From: Vibrio vulnificus CMCP6 | GTDB lineage: Bacteria > Pseudomonadota > Gammaproteobacteria > Enterobacterales > Vibrionaceae | Assembly: GCF_000039765.1 (NCBI RefSeq) | Contig: NC_004460.2 | Coordinates: forward strand, 300,001 to 332,000 | Length of the DNA stretch: 32,000 nucleotides | Direction of reading: 5' to 3' | Part shown: in pieces, positions 22,103-29,007 of the stretch | Numbering within the stretch: the stretch's first letter is position 1 | Layout: each line of letters begins with the position of its first letter | Notes under the pieces: generated by a model | Seen by the model: only the letters and a program-made list of their open reading frames with translations | The model's database searches: none | Told to the model about the DNA's origin: nothing | Position numbers and translations under genes: made by a program

Positions 22103-24091
22103 TTAGTGATACAAAGCTCCCGCGCGCTGATACAAATCCCAAAACGCCGAACGCTCCGCCTCGATAACTTCCGGCCTGATGTTGTAGGGCTCAAACGGCT
22201 CTGCCTTGACCGACTCCCACCAAGCTTGATTGTCTAAAAATTGCTTATATTGCATTTGATATTGCTCTTGCGCCGCTTCGCGCAAATCTTCCATTTCTAT
22301 ATCGCTGTAAATCGGTTTCATCGACCAGCCACGCGCACCCGCCGCCCATTTCAAAAACTGGTTAACCCTACGCTCTGCGTTTTTCTCAAACGTGATTGAA
22401 AAGCGGTTATTGGCGCTGACATGTAGCCCCGCTGCTTTTGTTGCTGCTCTTGCGTTTTTCAAACCGTTTTCAATTCGCTTGATTTTGGTTTGCAATTTCG
22501 TTTGTAAATCCACATCACCTTTTGCTTTGGCGATTGCTGCCGCTTCAATGCTTTTTTCTTTGGCTTGCTCATAGCGCTTGATGCTGCGCTTAATTGGCGC
22601 TTTCCATTGGTCGAGCTTGTAGCCTAACTCGCTGATAATGCCCGCCATGTTATCCGCTTCGAAACTCAGCAAGGTTTCCCACTTTGGCGCACGGCTACAC
22701 GCTGCCATGTTGTAACGATTGCCCCGAATAAGCCCTTGATTGGCGTTTTCTCCTTTGGCTGCATAGCCCACCGCTTTAATGATGTAAGTCCCTGCCGCCT
22801 CTGGCTTTTTGATGCGCTCAACATGCGCAAAGCCATTACCCCAAAGGCTCTCAATTTTTCCAGCCCACGCACTAAAAAGCGCTTGCGGCATTTCCCAATC
22901 CATCAACAAGTGAACGTGCGGATTCGGCTCACCGTCCTCATTGGCTGGACACTCCGCCACCCAAAGGTAATGAAAGTCCGATTTATCCGGCAATACGCTT
23001 GCTTTGACCGCTGGCACTGGACAAAACAAACGCCCGCTTTCGCTGTCGCGCTCTGTCACGTAGGCCGGAAAGCCGCGCTTTCTCATCTTTTTGAGGCCAT
23101 TAATAAAACGCGATACCTCCGCGCCTATCGTGGTGTGCATGTTCACCACTTCCCAAACCTTTTCAGGCTTGGCAAAAAGTGGCGTATATGGCCCCGCAAT
23201 TTCGCCGCTTTCGTTCATGGCCTTGATGTTGCGGATTTTTCCCTTGTACCACTCAAACGCGCTATATGGCCCCGCCACCTCTGACACACACACGCCAAAA
23301 TTTTGCTTGAACCCAACAGGCGAAAACAAAAGCCCCTCATCGGTGAGCGCGGAACCGTCAGCCACACGGCGGCGGCGTTCTTCATCAAACGTCAGCGTGA
23401 TGAACGTTTTGAACCCGCCATGCTTCACCGCGACATACGCGCCGGACTCAAAAATATTTTTCACCGCGCGGGCGGTTAATTTTTCCGTGAAGCGGTCGCC
23501 GCTTTGCTGCTCCGGTGCATTGCTGGCTGGCGTTTCAATCACTTGCTGAATTCGGTATTGCTGCGACCAATCGCGCTTTTGCAATTGCACCTTTACCAGT
23601 GGCTTATCTGCCACCAATGACCGCTTTTTATTGCTGTTTAGTGCAGTGCCGCGCGATACCGCCGAAAATGACGCGCTGTAGTGCGCGCTGTGATATTTTT
23701 CAGGATTTAATACTAGGGGCGCTTTTATCGACTTTCTCAGCGTTGCCAAGCGTTGGCGGAAGCGTTTAGAGGCTTCATAACCCACCTTTCCCGCTGTCCG
23801 ACTTTTGCGCCCTTTGACTAGCCTATTATCTCCGGCACTTCGTGCCGCCGCTTCGCGCAGGTGTCCCGCGATCGTTTTAATGCGTAACGGGGTGAGTTGC
23901 TCTGCATCTTTTAAGATGGTTTGTTGCTGTTCATTCCACTGAGAAAAATCGGATGCAAAAAAACCGCTACGAATAGCGGTAAGGTTCTTTCTTGCCTTAT
24001 CGGATTGCCGAAGCGCTCCAACTGCGTATAGAACTGTGTTTTTATCCAGTGGCGCAAATTGGCTTGCGCTAAACTTTGCTATTTGGTTCAT
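22103..24091 (-). CDS. Rolling-circle replication initiator (HUH endonuclease superfamily Rep)
   Basis: 662 aa. Motif 1-like FITLTF, motif 2 (HUH) PHVHLLMDW and motif 3 with Tyr residues TYIIKAVGYAAKG occur in the correct order. The size is close to PM2 P12 as I recall it. Confidence 0.75.
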   Translation of the reverse strand: MNQIAKFSASQFAPLDKNTVLYAVGALRQSDKARKNLTAIRSGFFASDFSQWNEQQQTILKDAEQLTPLRIKTIAGHLREAAARSAGDNRLVKGRKSRTAGKVGYEASKRFRQRLATLRKSIKAPLVLNPEKYHSAHYSASFSAVSRGTALNSNKKRSLVADKPLVKVQLQKRDWSQQYRIQQVIETPASNAPEQQSGDRFTEKLTARAVKNIFESGAYVAVKHGGFKTFITLTFDEERRRRVADGSALTDEGLLFSPVGFKQNFGVCVSEVAGPYSAFEWYKGKIRNIKAMNESGEIAGPYTPLFAKPEKVWEVVNMHTTIGAEVSRFINGLKKMRKRGFPAYVTERDSESGRLFCPVPAVKASVLPDKSDFHYLWVAECPANEDGEPNPHVHLLMDWEMPQALFSAWAGKIESLWGNGFAHVERIKKPEAAGTYIIKAVGYAAKGENANQGLIRGNRYNMAACSRAPKWETLLSFEADNMAGIISELGYKLDQWKAPIKRSIKRYEQAKEKSIEAAAIAKAKGDVDLQTKLQTKIKRIENGLKNARAATKAAGLHVSANNRFSITFEKNAERRVNQFLKWAAGARGWSMKPIYSDIEMEDLREAAQEQYQMQYKQFLDNQAWWESVKAEPFEPYNIRPEVIEAERSAFWDLYQRAGALYH

Positions 24092-24286
24092 CTATGCAAA
24101 CACCATAAAGCGGCGGTTTTTGTCTATCTCAATCACCGCCGTATTACCTGCCATTGATTTAACTGCGTTTCCGGTGTGATTCTCACACTCTGCAATTGCG
24201 CGAAAGAAATTGCGCGAAGGCTTGAACGGCAACGGCTCACCCGTTGGTAAACATTTGTTGTTATCCCAGATTTCAACCGTTGCCAT
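24092..24286 (-). CDS. 64-aa hypothetical protein
   Basis: Its stop TAG directly abuts the Rep ATG. Confidence 0.45.
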   Translation of the reverse strand: MATVEIWDNNKCLPTGEPLPFKPSRNFFRAIAECENHTGNAVKSMAGNTAVIEIDKNRRFMVFA

Positions 24287-24290
24287 ATGA

Positions 24291-24467
24291 TCACCCCACT
24301 GACGCCCAGTTAAAAATAAAGGTCATGCAACCAACCACTGCCCAAGCCGACACAATTGCATTTCCTAAATCACTAAAACTAAAGATAAAAGGTGTTGGGT
24401 TGTAATCACGCCCCATCAAGAAACAAAAAAAGCCAATAAGGAACACCCCTAGAATTGAAAGGCTCAT
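24291..24467 (-). CDS. 58-aa two-TM micro-protein
   Basis: MSLSILGVFLIGFFCFLMGRDYNPTPFIFSFSDLGNAIVSAWAVVGCMTFIFNWASVG. ATGA overlap with the upstream 177-aa gene. It is below the ORF-track cutoff. Confidence 0.45.
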   Translation of the reverse strand: MSLSILGVFLIGFFCFLMGRDYNPTPFIFSFSDLGNAIVSAWAVVGCMTFIFNWASVG

Positions 24468-24997
24468 TGAACTCTCTCCCCAAGCTCTCTCAATCCACCT
24501 CTAGGCGAATTCAAATCCTCTAATTGGTCATTCCATGCAAAGAAACCTTTGCATTTTGGATGCGACACTAACGAATCCGCCGGATATTTCTCGATAACTT
24601 CTACCTGTTCACCCGCCTTAATAATTAAGTCAGTATGAATATGATGATCACATCTAAGAATTTTCTTAACTGCATGAGAAGATTCCGCGCCATCAACGGC
24701 CAATGCCTCCGGCGCTTCCTCTTGCTTGCGGATTTGGTTTCTATTTCGCTGTTCAATGAGCTTTAATCTCATTTTTAAATTCGTTTTTAGATTTGCGGCA
24801 TCTTCAAATCTAAGTGTCCCCCACCGATTTTTAATAACACGTTCAATCAGTGTGCAAAGCTTTACTGCTCGTACTGGCGATAATATTGACTGTTGAATCT
24901 CATCCAACACAATAAAAGCGCCATTAAGCGAACCGCGCTTAAATGCATCTTCCGTTTCAACAACTAGCTTTCTAAATTCTTTTGATGATTTAATCAT
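24464..24997 (-). CDS. 177-aa hypothetical early protein
   Basis: Low-GC ORF with no TM. I recognise no family. Confidence 0.55.
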   Translation of the reverse strand: MIKSSKEFRKLVVETEDAFKRGSLNGAFIVLDEIQQSILSPVRAVKLCTLIERVIKNRWGTLRFEDAANLKTNLKMRLKLIEQRNRNQIRKQEEAPEALAVDGAESSHAVKKILRCDHHIHTDLIIKAGEQVEVIEKYPADSLVSHPKCKGFFAWNDQLEDLNSPRGGLRELGERVQ

Positions 24998-24998
24998 G

Positions 24999-25205
24999 CT
25001 ACACCCCCACGCTTTGAACGTTTGATCGGCGTATCATGGCAAGCTGATAAGCGCGCTTAAATTCCGCCTGACCTTTGCGAGAAAAGCGATAATCTTTGCC
25101 GCCGGACTTCTTACACTGGTAGCCGTTGGGGAAATATTTCTGTTTGAGGTTTTCGAGAATGTTGAGCCCTGTATCAGTGGGCTGATGTGAATGTGTTCTT
25201 TCCAT
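24999..25205 (-). CDS. 68-aa basic protein, first gene of the leftward operon (Cro/regulator-like position)
   Basis: GGAGG lies 7 nt upstream of the ATG at 25205. I prefer it over the overlapping 96-aa ORF 25034..25324. Confidence 0.5.
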   Translation of the reverse strand: MERTHSHQPTDTGLNILENLKQKYFPNGYQCKKSGGKDYRFSRKGQAEFKRAYQLAMIRRSNVQSVGV

Positions 25206-25346
25206 GTTCTAGCCTCCGCAAGCCGTTTCACATTTGTTTCGCTAATACGATATGGCAAGTTTTTTGTAGGCGCAATTAGCTTGCGGTAGTGAAACGAACA
25301 AAATGATCGCCTATGATTTAACAAATTGCGGACGGAGATAAACTCA

Positions 25347-25613
25347 ATGATGAACTACACAAATGCACTTTTAGACCGCCTAAAAGCCAAGCTAGAACTG
25401 GGCTCAGACTATCAATTAGCTAAAGTTTTAGAGGTTGGTACTAGTAGAATCAGCAACTACCGCAACGGGCGCAGTGTTCTAGATTGGAATATAGCGTTTA
25501 AAATCGCCGATTTGTTAGAAGAAGATGATCAAAAAGTCGTCTTTGGATTGCTTGAGGATAAATACTCAAACCCTCGCCTAATCAATGCCTTACAAGAGGG
25601 CGCGCCCCATTAG
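25347..25613 (+). CDS. HTH transcriptional regulator, repressor-like, divergent from the phage operon
   Basis: An HTH-like segment (SDYQLAKVLEVGTSRISNYRNGRS) is present. The ATG at 25347 has GGAG 9 nt upstream (the track uses TTG 25326). The stop lies 5 nt before the right att site. Confidence 0.6.
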   Translation: MMNYTNALLDRLKAKLELGSDYQLAKVLEVGTSRISNYRNGRSVLDWNIAFKIADLLEEDDQKVVFGLLEDKYSNPRLINALQEGAPH

Positions 25614-25618
25614 CGCCC

Positions 25619-25646
25619 ATTTACCACATCGTACATAATGCGCACT
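25619..25646 (-). other. dif-like hybrid site (intact XerC arm and centre, degenerate XerD arm)
   Basis: The minus strand reads AGTGCGCATTA-TGTACG-ATGTGGTAAAT. The XerD arm has 3/11 mismatches to TTATGTTAAAT. It is in the same orientation as dif at 13953-13980. Confidence 0.75.
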
Positions 25647-25861
25647 TATAATTGTAAGTGCCAGTTAGTAATGTCCGGTTTAGCCACTTTAAAATGTCCT
25701 CCCAAAATTAACAACATTGTTTGCTTTCGAGGCTTTAGCCGATGTTGATTACGACGAGTGAAAAAGACATTTATCGATTTGGGGTTCTGTCTGTCGTCCG
25801 TACAAGGCAGTTACGTCTAGTTGATGTTGCAGTCACTCTAGCTGTTTTGTTTGTAATATCT

Positions 25862-26086
25862 GGCGAACACTTAATCGACGCTCCACTTTAGGAGATCAAA
25901 GTCTCGCGCACGTTGCTCGTATATGATTGCCCGCCTGATGAACTTAAGGTTCAGCGAAACCGAGTCAAATGCTAACAACGAGAGAATATCTTAATGAATA
26001 CGGCAAGCCCGTCGCGTTCTACTGCGATAAGCATTCGATTTTTCGCGTGAATCAGGAAAAGCAAAAACAACTAGCCATGTTTTAAG
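25862..26086 (+). pseudogene. Remnant of an IS transposase (DDE/rve type; resembles the ISNCY/IS1202 group as I recall it)
   Basis: Pieces in shifting frames read GEHLIDA.., ..RTLLVYD, ARLMNLRFSETES and REYLNEYGKPVAFYCDKHSIFRVNQEK. Only ~75 of an expected ~450 residues remain. Family memory only. Confidence 0.45.
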
Positions 26087-26107
26087 AGATGTACCGCCTA
26101 GCAACTC

Positions 26108-26143
26108 AAAAGCCGAGCATCAGGTATGACGCTCGGCTTTTTC
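26108..26143 (+). terminator. Intrinsic terminator-like hairpin after the IS remnant
   Basis: AAAAGCCGAGC / GCTCGGCTTTT stem with a 12-nt loop and a T-rich tail. Confidence 0.45.
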
Positions 26144-26632
26144 GAGGAGCCAGGTTGGATATGCCCTGACATAAGAAATGTACCCAAAATCGCTTCGCTG
26201 AGTAAAACGTTAATAATAAGCTTTAGACGTAACTCAAGATAAACTGCTAATTATTACCTATTCAATTCAACCCAGCACGACTCAACTCACACCAGCTCAT
26301 TTGATCAACTTTGATCAATTCTCACTCTTTCTCAATACCGAATTTTTTCATTAATCATTTTAGACATTCGTTAAATTTTCAAAGTTTATACACTCTAATC
26401 TTGAATTATAAAGGAACCACATAAGAGTAAGTACTTACAGCGTAACTTAGTGCACTTCTCAACATTTTATGCTGCACCAATTACTGCTCACAAACTCACC
26501 CTGTAATTTAATTACACAACAGACGTTACACTGTGTCAGAACAGCAAAACGGACCAACATAAACTGTTGATATATAAGAAAAGAAATCACCACCCCCTAT
26601 CCAGCATCAAATCACACCACCCACCTAAAGAT

Positions 26633-26671
26633 TCAGGTAAAGGTAATTGGTAAAAGTTTTACCTGATTTTT
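26633..26671 (+). terminator. Orphan plus-strand terminator-like hairpin (no ORF upstream)
   Basis: TCAGGTAAA (26633-26641) pairs with TTTACCTGA (26658-26666), followed by TTTTT. Confidence 0.35.
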
Positions 26672-26677
26672 AATGTC

Positions 26678-26705
26678 AAAAAAAAGCAGAACCAAAAGGT
26701 TCTGC
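26678..26705 (-). terminator. Intrinsic terminator after yoaH
   Basis: The minus strand reads GCAGAACC-TTTT-GGTTCTGC followed by TTTTTTTT. Confidence 0.65.
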
Positions 26706-26740
26706 TTCGTTTCATTGGTTGATTTAGAGAAAGTAGATAC

Positions 26741-26896
26741 TTACTTTGAACTTTGAGCTTTGTGCTCTGCCCTAATCTTTTCCGCGATGATTTTTATCGC
26801 TTGGGCAGTACTCATGCCTTCAGCCATTAGCTTCTGGATTTCTTCGACTGCTCTTTGTTGTTCTTGATGAGATAGCGGTGGGAGATCGTCAAACAT
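26741..26896 (-). CDS. yoaH: UPF0181 family small protein (YoaH-like)
   Basis: The 51-aa product [51 protein letters not shown] parallels E. coli YoaH ([34 protein letters not shown]...). AAGGAG SD present. It is below the ORF-track cutoff. Confidence 0.75.
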   Translation of the reverse strand: MFDDLPPLSHQEQQRAVEEIQKLMAEGMSTAQAIKIIAEKIRAEHKAQSSK

Positions 26897-26926
26897 AAAA
26901 AATCGGCTCCTTTGTTTAGGAGCCGA
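26897..26926 (-). terminator. Terminator-like hairpin between the 373-aa gene and yoaH; its 3' arm contains the yoaH SD
   Basis: The minus strand reads TCGGCTCCT-AAACAA-AGGAGCCGA-TTTTTT-ATG. Confidence 0.45.
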
Positions 26927-26940
26927 CTATAACGAGATGC

Positions 26941-28062
26941 TTAATAGGTGGCAAGAAAATTGATGGATGCCCCCATCGCGTTTTCATTCGTATATCTGGC
27001 GGAGATATCCACTTCAAATAAATTGAGAGGTGAAAGACCAATACCGGCTGTAATTGTATCGTCTACATCGCGTGCCATGTTTTTCATGTAACCACCACGA
27101 ATCTGCAGTTGTCTTAAGACATCAATTTCAAAACCCGCTCTCAACATTTGGCTATTGTCATCAAATGATGAAAACTTTTTCTCTTCATTAAGATCGTAGT
27201 CAACTGATAAGGTAAAGTAATCAGCAACGATCCCTGCCCCGACAGTATAAAGAGGTCTCATACTGTAGTCGTACGAAGGAATCGCCGTAGCTGGTGTTGT
27301 GCCTGTGAAGTCATAAGCTTTAGTTTGGATATCTCTTCCAATAAGATTTTTTGCTGCAACACCAATTCGAAATGGGCCGTAAAACCATAAAGCACCGGCG
27401 TCTAAATTGAAAATTGTTTCGCCGGTTTCGTTTTCTCTCACATCTCCAAGATCAAAATTGGCAAATGTTGAAGCAAATGAGTGGGTATAAACTCGTTGAA
27501 GTTTTGGTGTCACACCAAAAGCCATATGCTGGTAAAGGAAAGTTTGGTATTTGGCCAGTGAAACGCCGACTTCAGTTACTGATACAGAAACTGCTTGAAC
27601 GTAGCTATTATCAGGATCTGGACCTGCTGCTACTTTAGGCGTGATAAAAGATTCGGTATAGAGCTTTCCATAAATCGTTGCAGATAAGAAACGATTCGGT
27701 ATTCCAATTGCCAGCGCTCCGCCAAGCTCAAGATCTAGTTGATCGCCATCAATCGCAGTTAGGGCGGGCAACGCATCTGGACTGCCAGCTGCAATGAGTT
27801 TTCCTAAATTATCTATTTGATCTACAAGATCATGCGGATCATTATAAGTGATACCAAAGCTAGGAATAAGCATGCCAGCATCATCATTACGTCGGTACAC
27901 AGCAGCAAGAGCTGGGTTAAAAAAGGGCGCTGTGAGATAAGTGGCGGAAACAGTACCTACTCCACCCATAGCGTCGCTTCGTGCTTCGATTGAATAATTA
28001 GCGGCATTTGCTGTGCCACAAAAAAGCATCGTTGCGTATAAATATCGATTGTTTAATTTCAT
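26941..28062 (-). CDS. Outer-membrane beta-barrel-like protein (TraF-like family), fourth gene of the vxr-like operon
   Basis: Signal peptide (MLFCGTANA/AN), an aromatic C-terminus (..INFLATY) and alternating beta-strand pattern. It occupies the position of vxrD as I recall that operon. Confidence 0.55.
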   Translation of the reverse strand: MKLNNRYLYATMLFCGTANAANYSIEARSDAMGGVGTVSATYLTAPFFNPALAAVYRRNDDAGMLIPSFGITYNDPHDLVDQIDNLGKLIAAGSPDALPALTAIDGDQLDLELGGALAIGIPNRFLSATIYGKLYTESFITPKVAAGPDPDNSYVQAVSVSVTEVGVSLAKYQTFLYQHMAFGVTPKLQRVYTHSFASTFANFDLGDVRENETGETIFNLDAGALWFYGPFRIGVAAKNLIGRDIQTKAYDFTGTTPATAIPSYDYSMRPLYTVGAGIVADYFTLSVDYDLNEEKKFSSFDDNSQMLRAGFEIDVLRQLQIRGGYMKNMARDVDDTITAGIGLSPLNLFEVDISARYTNENAMGASINFLATY

Positions 28063-28125
28063 CCTAAGACAACCCTTAGATTCCTTTTCTAGTAATATCG
28101 GCAGGATTAAAGATTTTTCAAGTTT

Positions 28126-29007
28126 TTATTCTTGTGTAATGTCGTATGTACGGCTAATGGTTTGTGATTGCTCAACGAGGATTTCACCTTGCCAACGTTT
28201 TGTGTTCATACTAACCGCGAGTACATAACGCTCGTTTGGAATCCCCTCTAATTCGAGACTATTCGGATAGTCAGATTCATAGGTTTTATTCCAAACTCGT
28301 TGATACTGACCATCAACATAGTCATACAAACCAACATTCATTTCGGGCAGTGGACAGTATGGGTTGTTTAAAGCAACTTTTTCTACGGTCCAATTTTCTT
28401 TTGATGACCATCTTACATATTGTGGGGCAATTGGTTCTCCCAATATCACCCAACCACTCCACACTTCTTGCCCTGCTGGTTGAACCACTAATTGGTAAAG
28501 GCCTGAGTCCAGCTTACCAGTGAGGTTATAGCGCTTCTGATATTGTTTTTCGTCGCCGCCATTAGTGACGCCGTCACCACTTATTTCAGTAAAAACACTA
28601 TCTGATGAGACACTTCGATCGACCCACTTTCTCACCGCGAGGCTTTTTACTTCGACATTGGCTCGGATATCTATCACTAAACGATAGGTGTCTCTTCCTG
28701 GGCTTTGAATGGTTTGCCTGATAACTTTCACTCCAGTCAACCAATTCGGCAGCGTTTTCTTAGTGAGCGATTTGCCACAATCCCTATTCAAAGATTGGAT
28801 TAACAAACTGTTTAAATGCTCTTTCAACGTATCTGTTGGTGATGATTGCCATACTTCGACTAACGACTCGAACATGCCGGGCAAATTATCTTCCAACAGA
28901 TGTTGGTGTGCTTGCGTAAGAGGGGTGTTTTGTTCAAACCAGTCTACAGCGTAGACTGGTTGAGTAAGTGAAATGGCAAAGAATGGAACTAAAAGTGACT
29001 TACGCAT
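28126..29007 (-). CDS. Periplasmic protein of unknown function (DUF2861-like), third gene of the vxr-like operon
   Basis: Signal peptide MRKSLLVPFFAISLTQPVYA/VD. TAATG overlap with the response-regulator stop. It occupies the position of vxrC. Confidence 0.55.
   Translation of the reverse strand: MRKSLLVPFFAISLTQPVYAVDWFEQNTPLTQAHQHLLEDNLPGMFESLVEVWQSSPTDTLKEHLNSLLIQSLNRDCGKSLTKKTLPNWLTGVKVIRQTIQSPGRDTYRLVIDIRANVEVKSLAVRKWVDRSVSSDSVFTEISGDGVTNGGDEKQYQKRYNLTGKLDSGLYQLVVQPAGQEVWSGWVILGEPIAPQYVRWSSKENWTVEKVALNNPYCPLPEMNVGLYDYVDGQYQRVWNKTYESDYPNSLELEGIPNERYVLAVSMNTKRWQGEILVEQSQTISRTYDITQE

Larger units (their letters stand above)
13953..25646 (-). mobile_element. Integrase-less prophage-like element bounded by direct dif/dif-like repeats; PM2/corticovirus-like gene content (candidate XerCD-dependent IMEX)
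   Basis: It is flanked by a 16-bp identical repeat within two 28-bp dif-like sites. The core is more GC-rich than the flanks. It encodes an HUH Rep, a Walker ATPase, a ~280-aa capsid candidate, many small TM proteins and a divergent HTH switch. No recombinase-like ORF is present. Confidence 0.75.

Noticed and set aside
21800-22237. 145-aa + strand ORF spanning several minus-strand phage genes; similar shadows at 21105..21422, 21469..21690, 16553..17045, 17407..17604, 18616..18834 and 19189..19413
   Set aside because: Each lies opposite tightly coupled minus-strand genes that have SD sequences and plausible TM or domain features. Their composition is typical of antisense frames.
22736-23549. 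Long + strand ORFs (182 aa at 22736..23284 and 152 aa at 23091..23549) inside the Rep gene
   Set aside because: They are antisense shadows of a GC-rich coding region, with Arg/Ser/Pro/Cys-rich low-complexity translations and no SD. The minus-strand Rep carries ordered catalytic motifs.
25034-25324. 96-aa minus-strand ORF overlapping the 68-aa gene and the switch region
   Set aside because: It has no SD and would run through the divergent promoter region. The alternative 68-aa frame has GGAGG at an ideal distance.
13981-25618. Search for an integrase, excisionase or transposase inside the element
   Set aside because: None of the ORFs on either strand shows tyrosine-recombinase (R..HxxR..Y), serine-recombinase or DDE features. 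Absence is part of the IMEX argument, but I cannot exclude a highly divergent enzyme.
13953-25646. Interpreting the dif-integrated element as a CTX/VGJ-type filamentous phage
   Set aside because: The ATPase is short (222 aa) and soluble rather than a ~400-aa Zot/pI with a TM. There is also a ~280-aa capsid-sized beta-rich protein, a spike-like repeat protein and a large set of membrane proteins. At 11.6 kb, the size and layout fit a corticovirus-like plan better. This still needs fold-level confirmation.
27232-27239. KOPS (GGGNAGGG) polarity as independent support for dif
   Set aside because: I found only one match by eye: GGGCAGGG on the minus strand, pointing toward dif as expected. I found no clear + strand matches on the left side. 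That is too few to be evidence, and a chromosome-scale count is needed.
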